Positions 13,740-27,505 of a stretch of DNA of 64,000 nt are shown here, one piece after another. Where the stretch lies: contig JAQFVV010000006.1 in assembly GCA_028023455.1 (NCBI GenBank), positions 372,001 through 436,000 on the forward strand, in the 5' to 3' direction. This DNA is from Epiperipatus broadwayi. Its lineage: Eukaryota; Animalia; Onychophora. Position numbers and translations under genes: made by a program. The notes beneath the pieces are model-generated. The model had not been told where the DNA came from. It searched no databases and saw only the letters and a list, made by a program, of their open reading frames with translations. How positions within the stretch are numbered: position 1 is the stretch's first letter; each line of letters opens with the position of its first letter.

Positions 13740-13990
13740 ACAATACTGTAGTGAAAAAATGCAACCCAGCATTACGACAAAGTGCATAACACAAGCAACT
13801 ACGGCAGCCAATGAAGGCATTTTTCTGTGCTTTTAGCATAGAAAAAAGCCATAGCGGTAGCCGGCAGCCAAGTAAATGAATTCTTTCTGTGCTTTATTGT
13901 AGAAAGCCATCTGTTTGGCTGCGGAAATGGCATATTTCTAGCAATTTCGCTAGAAATAGCACCGTCAAGTGGCTGACACTGAAACAGTAA
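13740..13990. mobile_element. partial relative of the GG-terminated TIR family
   Basis: contains TTTCTGTGC...ATAGAAA subterminal motif twice and CACCGTCAAGTGG...AAACAGTA resembling the right TIR at 63660-63700. Confidence 0.4.
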
Positions 13991-16900
13991 GATTCGTATT
14001 CGAATCTTAAGTTTCACCTTTTTCTGTCGTCTCTCACTGACCGGTCTATCCCACCCAAATTTAAACTTTTTGATATCGAATTGTGTGTGTAACAATATTA
14101 AAAATGTATAAATATATGTAGAATTCAGCGTAAACACGCACACATTTCGATCTCAAATTAAACGCAATAAATAGGGATAAAATAATATAATTTAGATTTC
14201 TTTTAGTTATATAATTTTGTATAATTTTAATCATTTATTTTGGATTATAAAGTTCGTATTTATTGCTTTGTTTAAATTTCATTTAATAATAATTCTAAAA
14301 ATATCTGATGTAATATTTAATTAAAAGTTAAAATAATCTTATGTTCCCTTTTTGTTTTTGAAATTTAAAAGCATCGGTCAGTGATAGATAATAGATTAAT
14401 TAAAGAAATTCCCCAAAATATAATTAGTAAATGTAAAATGTAAACAATAGAACGGCAGCTTTCTTTAATTAAAAACCAACAAAATGCGTTGATTATCCTC
14501 AGGGCAGATTAAGTAGAACCTAAAAATACCTTAACAAAAATGTGAAGGATCAAGATAAAAAAAGAGGCCATCTTAGACTTGCTGGAGACATTCACTAAAA
14601 CTTTAGCTTTGCTCTCGATCACTGAGAGTCTCCAAAAATAATAAAATAATTTGTTCCTGCCAAGGTATGACCGAGTAAAGCACCTAGATTATTCTCCCTC
14701 GGGAGGGCCTATCGGATGCCGAACTTTCCATTGCCCATCATAAATTCAGCATGAAGATCTGCTGCCTGAAATAAATGAGAAAGCTGCTGCTGCTGTGAAA
14801 GTAAAATGAAACGTCTAAATACCAGAAAGAATTGCCACTCATGAACTATTTGCTACTTAACCAATGGACTCGGAAAACTTCTTATAAAACAGGTACCTGT
14901 CTGTGTTCAAACTCTAGAGTACTCTAATAATATGCTATAGCTCTTCTTCATAATACTTATCTAAATTATAAAATGTAAAAACTACCATATGTATAGCTAA
15001 AACTGAATAATTAACTTAATGTGTAAATTTTTCTACTAATCTAGCTTACCTCATTCTATCTTGGGTGCGTATTTCTATAATCTACATTTCTATCTATAGT
15101 TATTATTTAATTATTGCATGCTCATAATTATTTCAATTTTCAAAGTTTAAATCTATGATCGCTTAAAACAATGATTGCGTGTCAAATTTTCATTAATATT
15201 TACTTTCTTTAATAACTTAACTTTCATATAAATCGACACGCATTCAATGCTTCATTTATTGTAAGGCAGGGGTCTACAACTTCGCAAATGGCTAACGTAT
15301 TAGTTATAATAATTCCCAATTTATATATATGTTTTGTATTTACTAAATCATCATGAATAATTCCAGAAAATTACATTTCTTTGAGAGTTCGCCAACGTTC
15401 TTTAATAAATGTTGATAATGTAGGACCGAGTTAGAAATCTGTTGAAATCTCATCATAATCGTTTATACAGTAAACATGTGTTACGTTTTAGAGACGCGAT
15501 GATTTATTCCGCCGTAAAGATTCCGGATTCTTCAGGGTTGAAATTAACCCTCGTCGTCCTGCACAAGTGGACATAATAAATGCTCCCGTAGGATTTGACC
15601 TGTCATGCAGCCAGCTGGCAAATTGCGACACGTACCGCTTGTCCCTGGTTATGCTTATGTGACACCTTACTTCGTCGGGCCGCGGCAGAGACCAGCCCGA
15701 CATTTTTATAAACTCATTCGCGGCATTGCAGTTTCAATATACTGCCATTCTATATCGCCTTTCTAAAGCATACCACGTGTTCCTTTACTTAGTTTTATTA
15801 TTCTATATATCACTCCGCCTCTGCATTATCTTCATAAATCACTCTCAAATAAATGTTTGCCCTTAGTTATAAATAAATATTTTAATTAAATAAATATATG
15901 TCTGCCATTACTCTTATAACCCATACTTTAGACTCTTGCATTGCAAAGGTATAAATCTCTCCAGGCATGCATTAGAAATACTTACTCGAGAATTTTAGGT
16001 AGCTAGATTACGCCCTCAAATAAATGAATTCCTTTTGTAAACAAATAAATAAATGTATTCTTTAAAATATAATCATGTCGCAAATCCCGCTACTGAAGCT
16101 TTTAATCCATAAATATTGTTAGTAAATGATCTTATTAAAATGTGTTAATAAATAATTTTAAACTATACGTCTGCAGTTACGTTTCACTTATTCGATACCC
16201 ATTCTATATATTTCCTCGATTATGTAAATATGAATGTTTAATTAATATTAGTTTGATTATTGGCTAACTCGAGAATAAAATCATGAGTCTCTTGCATATC
16301 CCTGACCACCGTGCCTAAGGAAATATTTACTAATGTTGCATCAGATGCGTTGTTTCGTGGATTGTGTTGTGGAACCGATAAACTATGTTCGAACTCAGTA
16401 CCACGGGTGGCTTCGCTACTCGATGGTGCTGCTGTTCTGTATGGTGGTCGAATTCTGCACTATGTTTACGAGTCACACGTTTTCTGACCGTTACAACACA
16501 ATAGATCAGAACACAAAAAAATTTTCTGAATAGTTTACTGTACAAGGCATTCACAACAGGTCTTTCATCCCAGGCAAATTAAAACACTGTAATATTTGTA
16601 ATGAATAAGTTGAAGCCATTAACAGTATCTGTACCCTCAATATTGAAATAATGTAAGATAGTGAATTTTAGGAAGAAAGTAAAATCTGTTAAATGTAATT
16701 GCAGGCACTATATTTAATTATGCTACTTTCAATGCGGAAGGTAGAATTATGTATCTAATCTAACAATAAATGAACTGAATGTTATAAAAATAAAAGATCT
16801 AAATTAATTACAGTATGAACTTTTAATATCTTCAAATGACCCTTTCCCCTCAGTGAAACCTCTTTCTTTTCCTGAACATTAAAATAGCAATGGTGACAAA

Positions 16901-18337
16901 CATTAATTAAGACAAAATGTTTGTTCCAATAACTAAATGATGATTTTTTTTTCCAGTTTGGTATATTTCTGCCATATGGATGCAAAAAATGGCTATTGTT
17001 CTATTTGAACTGTTCAAACCTAAATAATAGGATTCCTGGGTTGCATTATGAATATGTATGCGTAGTCATTCCTGACAACTTAAATTATATCATAGTAATG
17101 AAGACTTCTTGCATTATTTGATGCAGTAGCTGTCGCAAACTCTAGACTTTAAAGTTCGTAGTTCAGCTGTGTCTTTTCCAGTGCTCATACTTTTTATGAA
17201 GTGTCAAAAAAAAACATTTTGTTATTTTAATGGAGTTAGGAATAATAACTAAGTTAAGGATGAATAACTGTGACTAAAAATAGTTGTCAAATGAAATATA
17301 AGTAGAAAAAGTCATGTGATTTGTTGACATAACAATAGTTCATGTGAAATTATATCAAGGAAACACGTTCTATATTATATGATAAACTGTGTATAACGGA
17401 ACTAATATCTTCACTATACAGAATTCTAAAGGGTTAAAAATCCAGAAGATTAGTAATCATTTCTTGTTCAATTGTATTTCAGTAGTAGAAATTAATTTTC
17501 TTACTTGTATCGGTAAAATTAAATGAATTTATGGTTATTATATGGTTTTCTGTGGTCATTTATATTTGATTTGTAAATTATATTTTTGCCTTATAATAGT
17601 TAAATATTATTTTTTAACTCCATTTATTTCAACGCTGATGTCAAATTTTGTATAAATTCTATATCTTATGTATAAAATTTTTAAATGTCCGTAACACTGT
17701 CACATGACATTCAAGTTATACATTTCTTTGTTAGAGGGCATATTTTTCAAAGAAAAAAATGTTATTTGTTCTGCCACTATGATTTTTTTTATGAAGCATT
17801 TTATTCAAAGGAAGTAATTTCTTCCTTATATTTAAGAGACTTAATTTGATTACGAGCGTTTTATTTAAAGCAAGTAATTCCGTAAATGGTATTTTACAAA
17901 AGACATACAGAATAAAACTTTTTGAAGGAAAAAACTTAGAAAAAAAAATCAGTACAATGGGCTTTAACTATCATATAGAACTGAATAGGTATAGTATTTA
18001 AATCGTGAAGAAAATGTGATTACCGTACATAAATTCATATTTGAAATTGTGGTATTTAGTGAAGGGGAAAAAATAGATATTATAATTCTGTATTTACATT
18101 TAATTTTCCTTAGAATATAATTACGAAAACAATTTCCTGAAAAGCTGTTGTTTTCGTAATACTTACTTTTTTGTAACATTTCTGAAAAAAAATTTGTTAA
18201 AGATTAAAATATTACCAAAACGATGTCCTTTACATTGACTGGATACATGTCTGATATCTTTATAAATAAACAGTTTTAGAAAGTAATATATGTACATGTT
18301 GTAAAGAAAAAGTTATTACACTTTTTTTTTTTTTTAG

Positions 18338-18440
18338 ATGGCTCTGTTATGTCCATTACGTTCACGTACATGCTTGTTCTTCATATGGTCACAGTTTCTG
18401 TTAAACTAAATCTTGGAAGTACTGCTGCTGCCGTTAATGG
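18338..18440 (+). CDS. THOC5: THOC5 exon
   Basis: (D)GSVMSITFTYMLVLHMVTVSVKLNLGSTAAAVN(G), cf. DSVLHLTFYYLMNLNIMTV; phase 1-2. Confidence 0.9.
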
Positions 18441-19943
18441 GTTTGTTTTGTATTTATTTATTTTTATCTAAAAGTTAGTACTATAAGTCTGAGCATTTAA
18501 GCACCTTTTATATTCTCATTTGTGAAAATAAAATTAGATTTTACATATAGGGACAAATTCTGAATTGTAAACTACAATAAGACTCATTGTTCTGATTTCT
18601 TCCGCTGTGCCAAGCTTTCAAACATCATCACTAAACACAAATTAGAATATATTTTTATAGTAAAAATAATATATATAAAATATATTTTATAAAAAGTGCT
18701 TTATTTAATTTGATGAATAATGCATTAAAAAACAAGAAGAAATTTTTTTTCTTCTTTCACGATGTATGTTATTATATTTAACTTTAAATAAAAGCATGAA
18801 GCATTCATAAATTAATTAATTCAATCATTAGTTGAATTAATTTATGGTTACACCATGCTTTTATTTTAAGATAAATATTACGATACAAATTGTGGGGAAA
18901 TATATTTTTTGGTGTTTGTTTGTTCGTCAAATATATTATTTTTTAGCATTAGGATATTATGGAATTTTTGCAACTATTTGTATTCACTTTTAAAAACTAT
19001 GAATGTAAACAATGTCGCTGCATTTCCAGTATTTGAAATGAAATTCATAGATGTTAAAAATCGTCTATAAGATTTTCTGCTTACGGAGACAGTGTTTTAA
19101 GAAAAGCAAATTATATTTAACCAATCAAGAGAAATTAAGATTTTATTCTGTTTTAATTAACAGTATATGCTTTTTAGTGAATTAGTCAAGAAATGTAATG
19201 GAAGTGTGTTTTTAAAAAATATACCACCATCTATAGCATATTACTGAAAACTTGCTAAACTGATATCAATTCAATTTGAAATTCGGTCTGCCAAAACTTA
19301 GATTGGACAACTGGTGAAACAACCCTGAAATATTGCAGTCATATTGCACTGACATTGATACCTAACATATGTTCGAAATTTGAAGAAAATCCTTTCGATC
19401 GAAGTAAGTTAAAAATCGTTTTCAAGATTTGACTTGGATAAACAAACAAAATAAAATTTTTTAGAAAAGAAATGGAATCAATAATAATTTCTGTGTCTGG
19501 CTAGAATATATATGTGTGATAATTGACTCTAAAAAAAGTGAACACATGATGTGATAGCTGTGAGTGGTAGAGTCTAGCGAAAGCCCCCAAACTTTGATTC
19601 TCAGCTGTTTAACGTAAAAAAAAAAATCATTTCAGATTAACTCCAATGAAACTGTCTTCTTTTAAGGTGCTGAAACATCATGCCTTTTGGCCTTTCAGTT
19701 ATTATATAGTGTGTATACAATAAAACCTCTATCCATTATTTTCATTAACTTCATTTTTGTACTTCATCTATTATCTTTCGTCTCAAAACTGGAAAAACAG
19801 TAGAATTTTTTCCATTTCTATCATTTTCCTATATCCATTATTTTTTTGGGACTTTTTTAAAAATGATAGATATAGTTTCACTATTAATAGATTTTATTAG
19901 TCATTTATTGGACTAGAAATTATCCATGGAAGGTAGGTACTCA

Positions 19944-20289
19944 TTTCTATCTGCTTTTAACAGCTTGTGGAAGGGTGTAATCATAAACATGTAACCAAAG
20001 ATATATGATCTCCCAGCTGCTCATATTGTGCTGAGACAGTACTCATTAGTTGGCCCAAGTCACTATCTCTTACACGTATCTTTATCATTGCTCAATATAT
20101 ATAGATAGATAGGCAAATACTTACCAATTATACTGTAGAAATTGACTATCAAATGTGATCTGGGCCAACTAATGAATGCTGGTTCAGCACTTAATATGCA
20201 TCTTGGGAATTATACATCATTTTCTCATGGCTCTGGTCATATGTTTGGTGTTTGTATTCTTCCACAAGGTGTTAAAAGTGGATAGAAAC
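19944..20289. mobile_element. degenerate fold-back element (family 3 hammerhead relics)
   Basis: arms ~19944-20068/~20155-20289; CCAACTAATGA-ATGCTGGTTCAGCA...ATGCATCTTGG homologous to 35338-35377. Confidence 0.65.
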
Positions 20290-20561
20290 TAGTCCTGACC
20301 TTGCATAATGGTGGTATAGTGAAAATTATACTACAGAAATATTAAACAGTTTCGCTGTATTTCATTTCTTAAGTCTTCACACAAAACAGGATCAGCTTAC
20401 TGTAAGTAATATTCAAGTCTATGCTAATCCTATGCTGATTTGTAGTTAGTGATGTTTGAAAACTTAGCCCAGCTGGTTAATAAATTTCGCAACATTGATC
20501 TTATAAGTCTTGTATTGTCATAGTATATAATTCAGAATTTGATGATTATATGTAACATTTA

Positions 20562-20634
20562 GTACTGAAGCATGGATCGGACTTCCAGATCCATTGCTTC
20601 AATGGATCCGGAAGTCCGATCCATGCTTCGGTAC
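20562..20634. repeat. 73-nt GC-rich near-perfect palindrome
   Basis: 35-bp arms, 3-nt loop CTT, two differences; nested ATGGATC/GATCCAT sub-hairpins. Confidence 0.9.
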
Positions 20635-20781
20635 CCAATTTTCACAATGATCTGATAGAGTATTCTTGTAAACACTCAATTCGTAACATTAAAACGTAAA
20701 GCTCTTCACTGTATAAATTAAACAATTAGCTGTTGAATATGAGTTACTCTTAATTGATTCATGCTTTTTACTATTTTATAG

Positions 20782-20883
20782 CGAATTATTATCTCCCGAT
20801 TGCCTTTTGACCTGTCTCTATCCAGAGGATTATGGGGATGATACGCCGAATCCTGCTAACCATTATCAGCTTAATAAATTGGG
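20782..20883 (+). CDS. THOC5: THOC5 exon
   Basis: [33 protein letters not shown], cf. [30 protein letters not shown]; phase 2-2. Confidence 0.95.
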
Positions 20884-23464
20884 GTAATGTTAATTATTTT
20901 ATAAAAATAATAGTGACTTTTTTCTTGTTAGTTAAATTTTTATTGTAAATTAATTGTTTAACCAAATTAATTTCTTGCCAATATAGTTTTTCAGTTTATG
21001 CCTTTACCTTAACAATTGAATTGCCTTTGAATGTAACCAAATGGTTTTATATATTCGTCCAAAAATGTTAAATTAGTTTACAATTGTATGGACACTTTCA
21101 CATGAATAATGACTTGATTTCCGATCAATATATTTATAAAGAACTTTATGGTTCATCCTTATTTTGTTTATCCATGACAGGGATTTGAATCCAGTCCAAG
21201 TGAACCTTGTCATTTTTTTCAGATTATAAACGAGCTTAATGGTTTTTTATTTTATTTAAATGTACTTTAGTTAACTCTGCTAGCCCATACTATGAGTGAT
21301 AAATAAATAGAGGATAACGGTCTTACATTAATTATCCTGGATTGCAGACGAGTTTCAATGTGCTATCTGTTAAAACAAAAAGTATGACTATAATATGATA
21401 TCACCTCTGTTACAAGTTTAAGTTTGTGTGACTATTCTTATCTTGCAATCACAATTAAAGTGACAGTTTTTACATTACATTTCATTTTAATGGTTTAATG
21501 GAGCACTGAGGAATTGTACCACAAAAATCTGGATCAAAGATATATAAATCAGTAGTTTTCTTCCAAAATGTCTAAGAACTTGAATGTCGAGGTGGTTTTT
21601 TCCCCCATCATGTAAGAAAAATTTCTTAACAGGAGTGTTTTATGATGTTGTGGGTTGTGTTAAATTTTAAATTAACATTACTCTTTATCACACATATCAC
21701 ATTCCATAATAAACTGCAATGATCACCAATTTTATTCAGCGCAATCATCTAATTGTGGAACTTCATGATAAGATCTTACAGTTTCATGATTCTGAAATGT
21801 GATGGAATGAACTTCAGAATATAGATCTGCTTCTCAGTATCCGAACTGGCAACAGAAATATTGTAATTTCAAAATGCTGCGGCCATATTCTGACAACAAA
21901 AGATTCTGCTTTTAGCGGACAGTAAGGCACAGCATTATGGTATTACACGTATATAGATTGGAGATGTATATTTATTCTTACAATGTGAAATTGCAACCTG
22001 AATGGAAAATAAAGTTCTGTACCTATACTTAATTATGATACAGTTAGAGTATTGTTGATCTGAATACTGCTAATTCAAAAACTTCTATTATCAAGAAAAA
22101 TTACCAAATTATGTTTTAATTATTGCTTGCTTTACAAAAATTTTGTTCTTATATAAATATAAGCATATCTGAATTTTAAAATGTCATTATTAATAAAATA
22201 AATTTACACTATATATAAAAGTATATATATATATTGTAGCCATAACAATGGTTACACTACAATGCTGCAGAGAAAAAAAAATGCACTTAATAAAAACTCA
22301 TGTGAACTGATTAAAAAAAAACGTACATACAAACTTCCATTTTGCATGTGTGTGAATATATATGTATCATTTAAAAAAAATAAAAGTAAACTGCCGAAAG
22401 ATTAAAAGAAAATTAATTTAGGCACATTATTAAAGATTATTTAGTATTACTTTGTAATATGTAAGAAAATGATAAATTACGATGTAAAGGAAGAAGGAAA
22501 AGTGGTCTCGACATGTGAAAGAATTGCCTAGTTTTTTTAAAAAAAAAAAAAAAAATCTAAATTTGAAACGGTTTTAGTTTGCCTTTCCTGAACTCAGTTT
22601 TAAATAAAATGTCCATATTTCCATAGTAAAATTGAATGGCAAAGCTAAATATAAAATTAAAATTTTTGAATTAATAATATTTTAGAAGTTATTATTAAAA
22701 ATGTAAAATTTGGCAATGAATTATCTTTTTTACCCTGACGTAAGCCATAAGCTCGAAACCAGTTGGTCTGGAGATGAGAGTGTTCTGGATAGAGATTTTA
22801 AATATTTTCTCATACCGCACTTATTAATTAAGAGCTTGTTTGAACTATTGGTACGCTCTCTGTATTGCATTTTTGTAATTACAAGCTTATTAAAAGTAAT
22901 GTCACATTATATATGACTTGCTTTTTTGATTATTATAAATAAAGAGAGAAAGAAGACACAGCGTTTATGTATAAAAATCAGCATATCATGTACATAAAAT
23001 TTGTAGCAACAACATGTTTTGAAGAGAGTAAAGATGTGCTTTTCAAAAAATAGTCTGTTGTAATAAAGCCAAAGTTATATTTCCCCTAGCTGGTGACGCT
23101 ATATGTTGTCAAAAACATATTGTTCAAACAACATCATATAGGTATAAATAGATTAGAAACAAGCAGCCAGGTATTATTATGCTTATTATTAGTATTCTAA
23201 TTCCAAAAAGTGAACCATCTGATCCCATATTGCTTTGCATCTTAGCACAGTCTATTTTTGAAGCAATGTTTCAGTGATCCTTGCCGAAAAAAGAACTGCT
23301 GATTAAAAGTGTTTTCAAGCTTGATTTGGATAGCCATGTTTTGTTGACTATTTTTAAAGTATTTTTAAATTCTCCTGTTATAACTGTCAGTATGATGGTT
23401 TTATTTAGAAGAAATCTATCTACTATGTGTGACTGAATAACCAAGGGCCACACCAATCAAAATG

Positions 23465-23524
23465 CCTGGAAAATGCAGTCGGTTCCTGGAAAATGCAGTC
23501 GGTTCCTGGAAAATGCAGTCGGTT
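23465..23524. repeat. perfect 20-bp tandem repeat x3
   Basis: CCTGGAAAATGCAGTCGGTT three times. Confidence 0.95.
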
Positions 23525-25559
23525 CCAGAAATTAGCGCTGAAGTTTGAAAAACCAGCTTGTGTAATGCCTCTATAATCCCATGAATGAAAAAATGGATTG
23601 TAACTTATAAAGACATACAGATATTATTCCTGATATAACTTCACCAGTGCTGCTGTATTTACCCTCTCTAACATCCCCAGTGTTCCAGAAGAAGATTGTC
23701 ATCGGAAAAACTAAGGAACTATAATATCTTTGGGTATGTGATGATAACTATGACTATATACACAACCATTTTGTTTATTTATTATTAATAAATTGTTAAA
23801 TATTTTTTTATTAATCCATTTAGTTTGTGATTTTGATATTTTTCAGTATCTGAAAGTACTTAGCTTTAAAATAAATTTCTTTATTATAAAACAAACCTAG
23901 TCTGCTGTTAAATGTTTCAATATTTACTAAATAATTACAGTCAGTGCAGAAAAGCAGGTTATAAACTATTACAGAATTAGTTTGTGTTTGTAACTCAATC
24001 CAAATATATATATATGCTTTTTACTCATGTATGCCAGTTAATATCCATAGCACTCTATTGAGGAACATGTTGGGATGGCGTTAATAATTAATGACGATCG
24101 TTCGTTTAAAAACTTTTCCAAAAGTAAACTTTCTTTTTAAGAGGGCTTGGCAACTTTGAATTTTTTTTATGGAAACGGAAAAACAAATAAAATATTTTTT
24201 TGAAAGTGCTTGTATTTTTAAATTATAAATCATCATCACATTGATTAATATTATTATATATTTAAATTAAATTTTTATTTGAATTTTATTAAACATTTAT
24301 TTGAACCAAAGTTTACCATATTCATCTTGAAGATCTCATTATATATGTGTGTGTATCTTTGATTGTATATAGTTGGTGTCCAGATTCAAACCCATCTAGT
24401 ATTTATATACTGTTATAAAAACCACACTGGAAATTACCATTACAGTATTAAATTAATATTTACAGGATATAAAAAGGTTGAAATTTTTCTAAGATCTCAT
24501 ATTTATAAAAATATTTCTGGGTTTAAATCCATATTGGCTTAAAAATAAAAGAAAACCTTTTGTTTCTAAACAAATCCAAGATAAAATAGCTATTGTGGAC
24601 TACTAGAACAAATAGTTCAGCCTAAAGACTGTCATTAGTAACTGCTAGTTACCTAGCAACACCATTGCTACTATATTTTCTAACCATTAGATGGAAATAT
24701 TCCCATTCCTTTGTTTACGTCATAATTAATCCATGAAAATATTTAACGAATATAGCTCTGGAGATAAAAGATATAATAAGAAGATGAAACCCTTCTATAT
24801 CCTTCTACTTATAAAAATATATGTTTGAGTTTAATCCATATATAACCAAAAAAGCTATTGTGGACTAATAGAGTAAATAGTTGAGCTTAAAGTTCGTCAA
24901 TAATAATTGATAGATATTTAGAAATGCCATTACTAATGTATTTCTCTATTCATTACATGAAAATATTTCTATTCATTCCTTTGTTTACTTATATATTTAT
25001 AGATCATGGTGACCGATAAAGTTTGTATTTATTTGAATTTTTAGAAGAGTTTGAGTTTATAATGAAGCAGGAAAAGACTTATGAAATCTGGAACTTTCTC
25101 AAATCCAAAAATGTCCTGGAGTTAATTATTTCAGATTCATGATAGTCTACTTGTATTGGCTTTAGTCTAGACATAATTTGTGTGTGTGGTGATAGCAGGA
25201 GGGGAGTACATTTTTGAAAACATCTTTCGCTAATTGTTTACCGAAATAAAGATGAGTTGTAAGTTAATAATTTAAAAATGAATTTGTTTACGCTGAAAAT
25301 TTTCTAATAATCGACAAATCAAGTTAAATTTTCTAGAAAATCAGTGAAGAAATTTTGATTGCAAAAAAACTTACAGAGATCAAAGAAAGTAAGAATTTGA
25401 TAAGCCCTTGTTCCAATATTGGTGATTCTTAAACATTGCAATAGATCAAAAAATTTATGATGTTTAATCATAAAAGTAATTATTTGACAACTCCATGCAC
25501 AGATTGCCTGATAAAGAAGCATATTCAACAAATATGGCATTGTCTGTTACATCCAGTAA

Positions 25560-26090
25560 ACCAATTGAATTTGATATATGCTTCCATACCATTTGGAAAC
25601 ATAATAAATGAAATTAATCAACGAATTAAACTTGGATGGAATGCTTTTGATAAAAATAATTTTAAAAAGAAATATACTTACATGCTTGAAAAGAAAGGTT
25701 TAATTATGTTTTCAGTTTTAATTATGGATCCAGGACTTGGACACTTAACCGAATAGCAATATAGAGACTTCAGATCATACAATGAAATATGAAGAGATTT
25801 GTGTTGGTTGTAATATCAAGGGATCAAAAGTGAAATACTTAGTCGAAAGAACGAATAGATATTGCCATCATTGGAAGAATTAATGGAGTTAGGCTTGATA
25901 TGTTTCTAGAAGAGATAATAATAGATGAACAGCTAAACTCTTCGTTGGAATAGAAAAGACTATATATGAGATGGTTCTGATGAAATATGAAAGTTTGTAA
26001 GTGTGATATGGAGAAGAAAGTTTATAAATTGGAGAAAGTGAGTTTGGAAGAGATCTTCATTCTGCAATGGATCGATTGAAAATGATGGCA
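25560..26090 (+). mobile_element. RTE-clade LINE 3' fragment
   Basis: EINQRIKLGWNAF motif in ORF 25457-25756; 3' end GAGATCTTCATTCTGCAATGGAT resembles 1365-1385. Confidence 0.75.
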
Positions 26091-26983
26091 TCCAAAGTGG
26101 CCAAATCTCAAATAGTATTAGCAAAAAAAAGTAAGTTTTATCTATGTAATGACTATTCTATTGACAACTTTTACTGCATAATCTTTTTATTAACAAAATA
26201 ATTAGGATCATAAATTTTAAACAGGAAATAGAAATTATTTTTTTGATTACTGCGGAATGTAATTGATCTTAGATTCCTGCTTTGGTAATTTTATATGTTG
26301 CCTTGTACTGTTAATGGCGACTCTAGAACTAAACACTTTTATATTAAAGCTCAATTTCTCGTATCTGGGAATGAGATGTTACACGATTTTCCAGGTGATT
26401 AATTATTCAATTATTTTGTGTATAATGTGAAGGCAGAGTGATGAATGTGACGGCTATTCCTGGATTAAGACTCTACCTGCCTGGTGCGCACATCACATGA
26501 CCCTTGCTAGCATCAAATCATTTGATTTTTTTATTACGTATATGATTCCAAGCTTAAAGAAAGTTATTCATTCTGTCTTCATCTATAAACGTCAATTTAC
26601 TTCACAGCTTTCCGAATTCTTTCCTAATCTATATAATTCTATAATCTGCCATTATCATAGATTTCTATTCATTCAATAGAGATACGGACATCCCCCCTTT
26701 TTTAATACTATGAACATTCTGCTTTATGTTACCACATAGAATGGCTTTGACGAGGATCTCCATATGGATTATTTAATATTTTGAACTGATTGTTTGTTAT
26801 TATATTAAAGAATCAGTTTTCTGAATTTGTAATAAGTGTGTTTTTTTAGTTTATATTAATTCAATGAAAGTATGTCATTTTTGTTATATTTAGTAAATTT
26901 CTTATTTATTTTAATGCAATGATTATATTAGGAAATTTAAGTGACTCATCTCTATATTTCTTTCTTTTTTTTTATTTTGTTAG

Positions 26984-27189
26984 AATGGCAAGTTTCAAAA
27001 ATTATGTTTCTGAAATAGGCCAACCTTTTATTTGGGCACAGTGGCTGTCAGGATTAGAATTCTTAGAATCGAGCACATCCTCCATACCTCAACCTGCAAT
27101 TAGTGCAAGTCATATGGAAGAAACTATCAAGAGATTAAGGAATCGATTCCACGCTCGTCTTTCTCTTCAAAAGCAGTTAATCTCTTTAG
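26984..27189 (+). CDS. THOC5: THOC5 exon
   Basis: MASFKNYVSEIGQPFIWAQWLSGLEF...SASHMEETIKRLRNRFHARLSLQKQLISL, cf. GHPYLWVQKLGGLHF...SASHMETTMK; inside ORF 26919-27227. Confidence 0.95.
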
Positions 27190-27505
27190 GTAAAAAAAAT
27201 TACTTGGTTTACTGTAATTATTTCTGATTATCATGATGTATGCGTGTACATAGTTGATGCTCTAAATTTGACAAAGTATTGTCGTCATATTGTAAGTGTA
27301 AAAACAATGCAAATCGGAAAGAAATTTCAGTTAAGTATGAAAAGATAAAACAGCTAACTTTAGGGCACAGACCTCTATGAAAGCTTCAGAGAATAATGGT
27401 GAAGTCGAAGGCAACTTGATAATTTCTGAATAGTATGAGTTTGGCTGATTTTTCAGGTCTGGTTTATTGCTCTTTCTGAATATAGATAACTATTTACTGA
27501 CTAAC

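Noticed and set aside
21562-21595. CTGAGGA a TTGT-acc-ACAA AAAT possible hammerhead relic
   Set aside because: No GAAA, no partner arm, could easily be chance
23465-23524. CRISPR-like repeat
   Set aside because: No spacers; eukaryotic context; simple tandem repeat
25976-26000. CTGATGAAATATGAAAG
   Set aside because: Only 5 nt between boxes, no stem II; inside a LINE fragment
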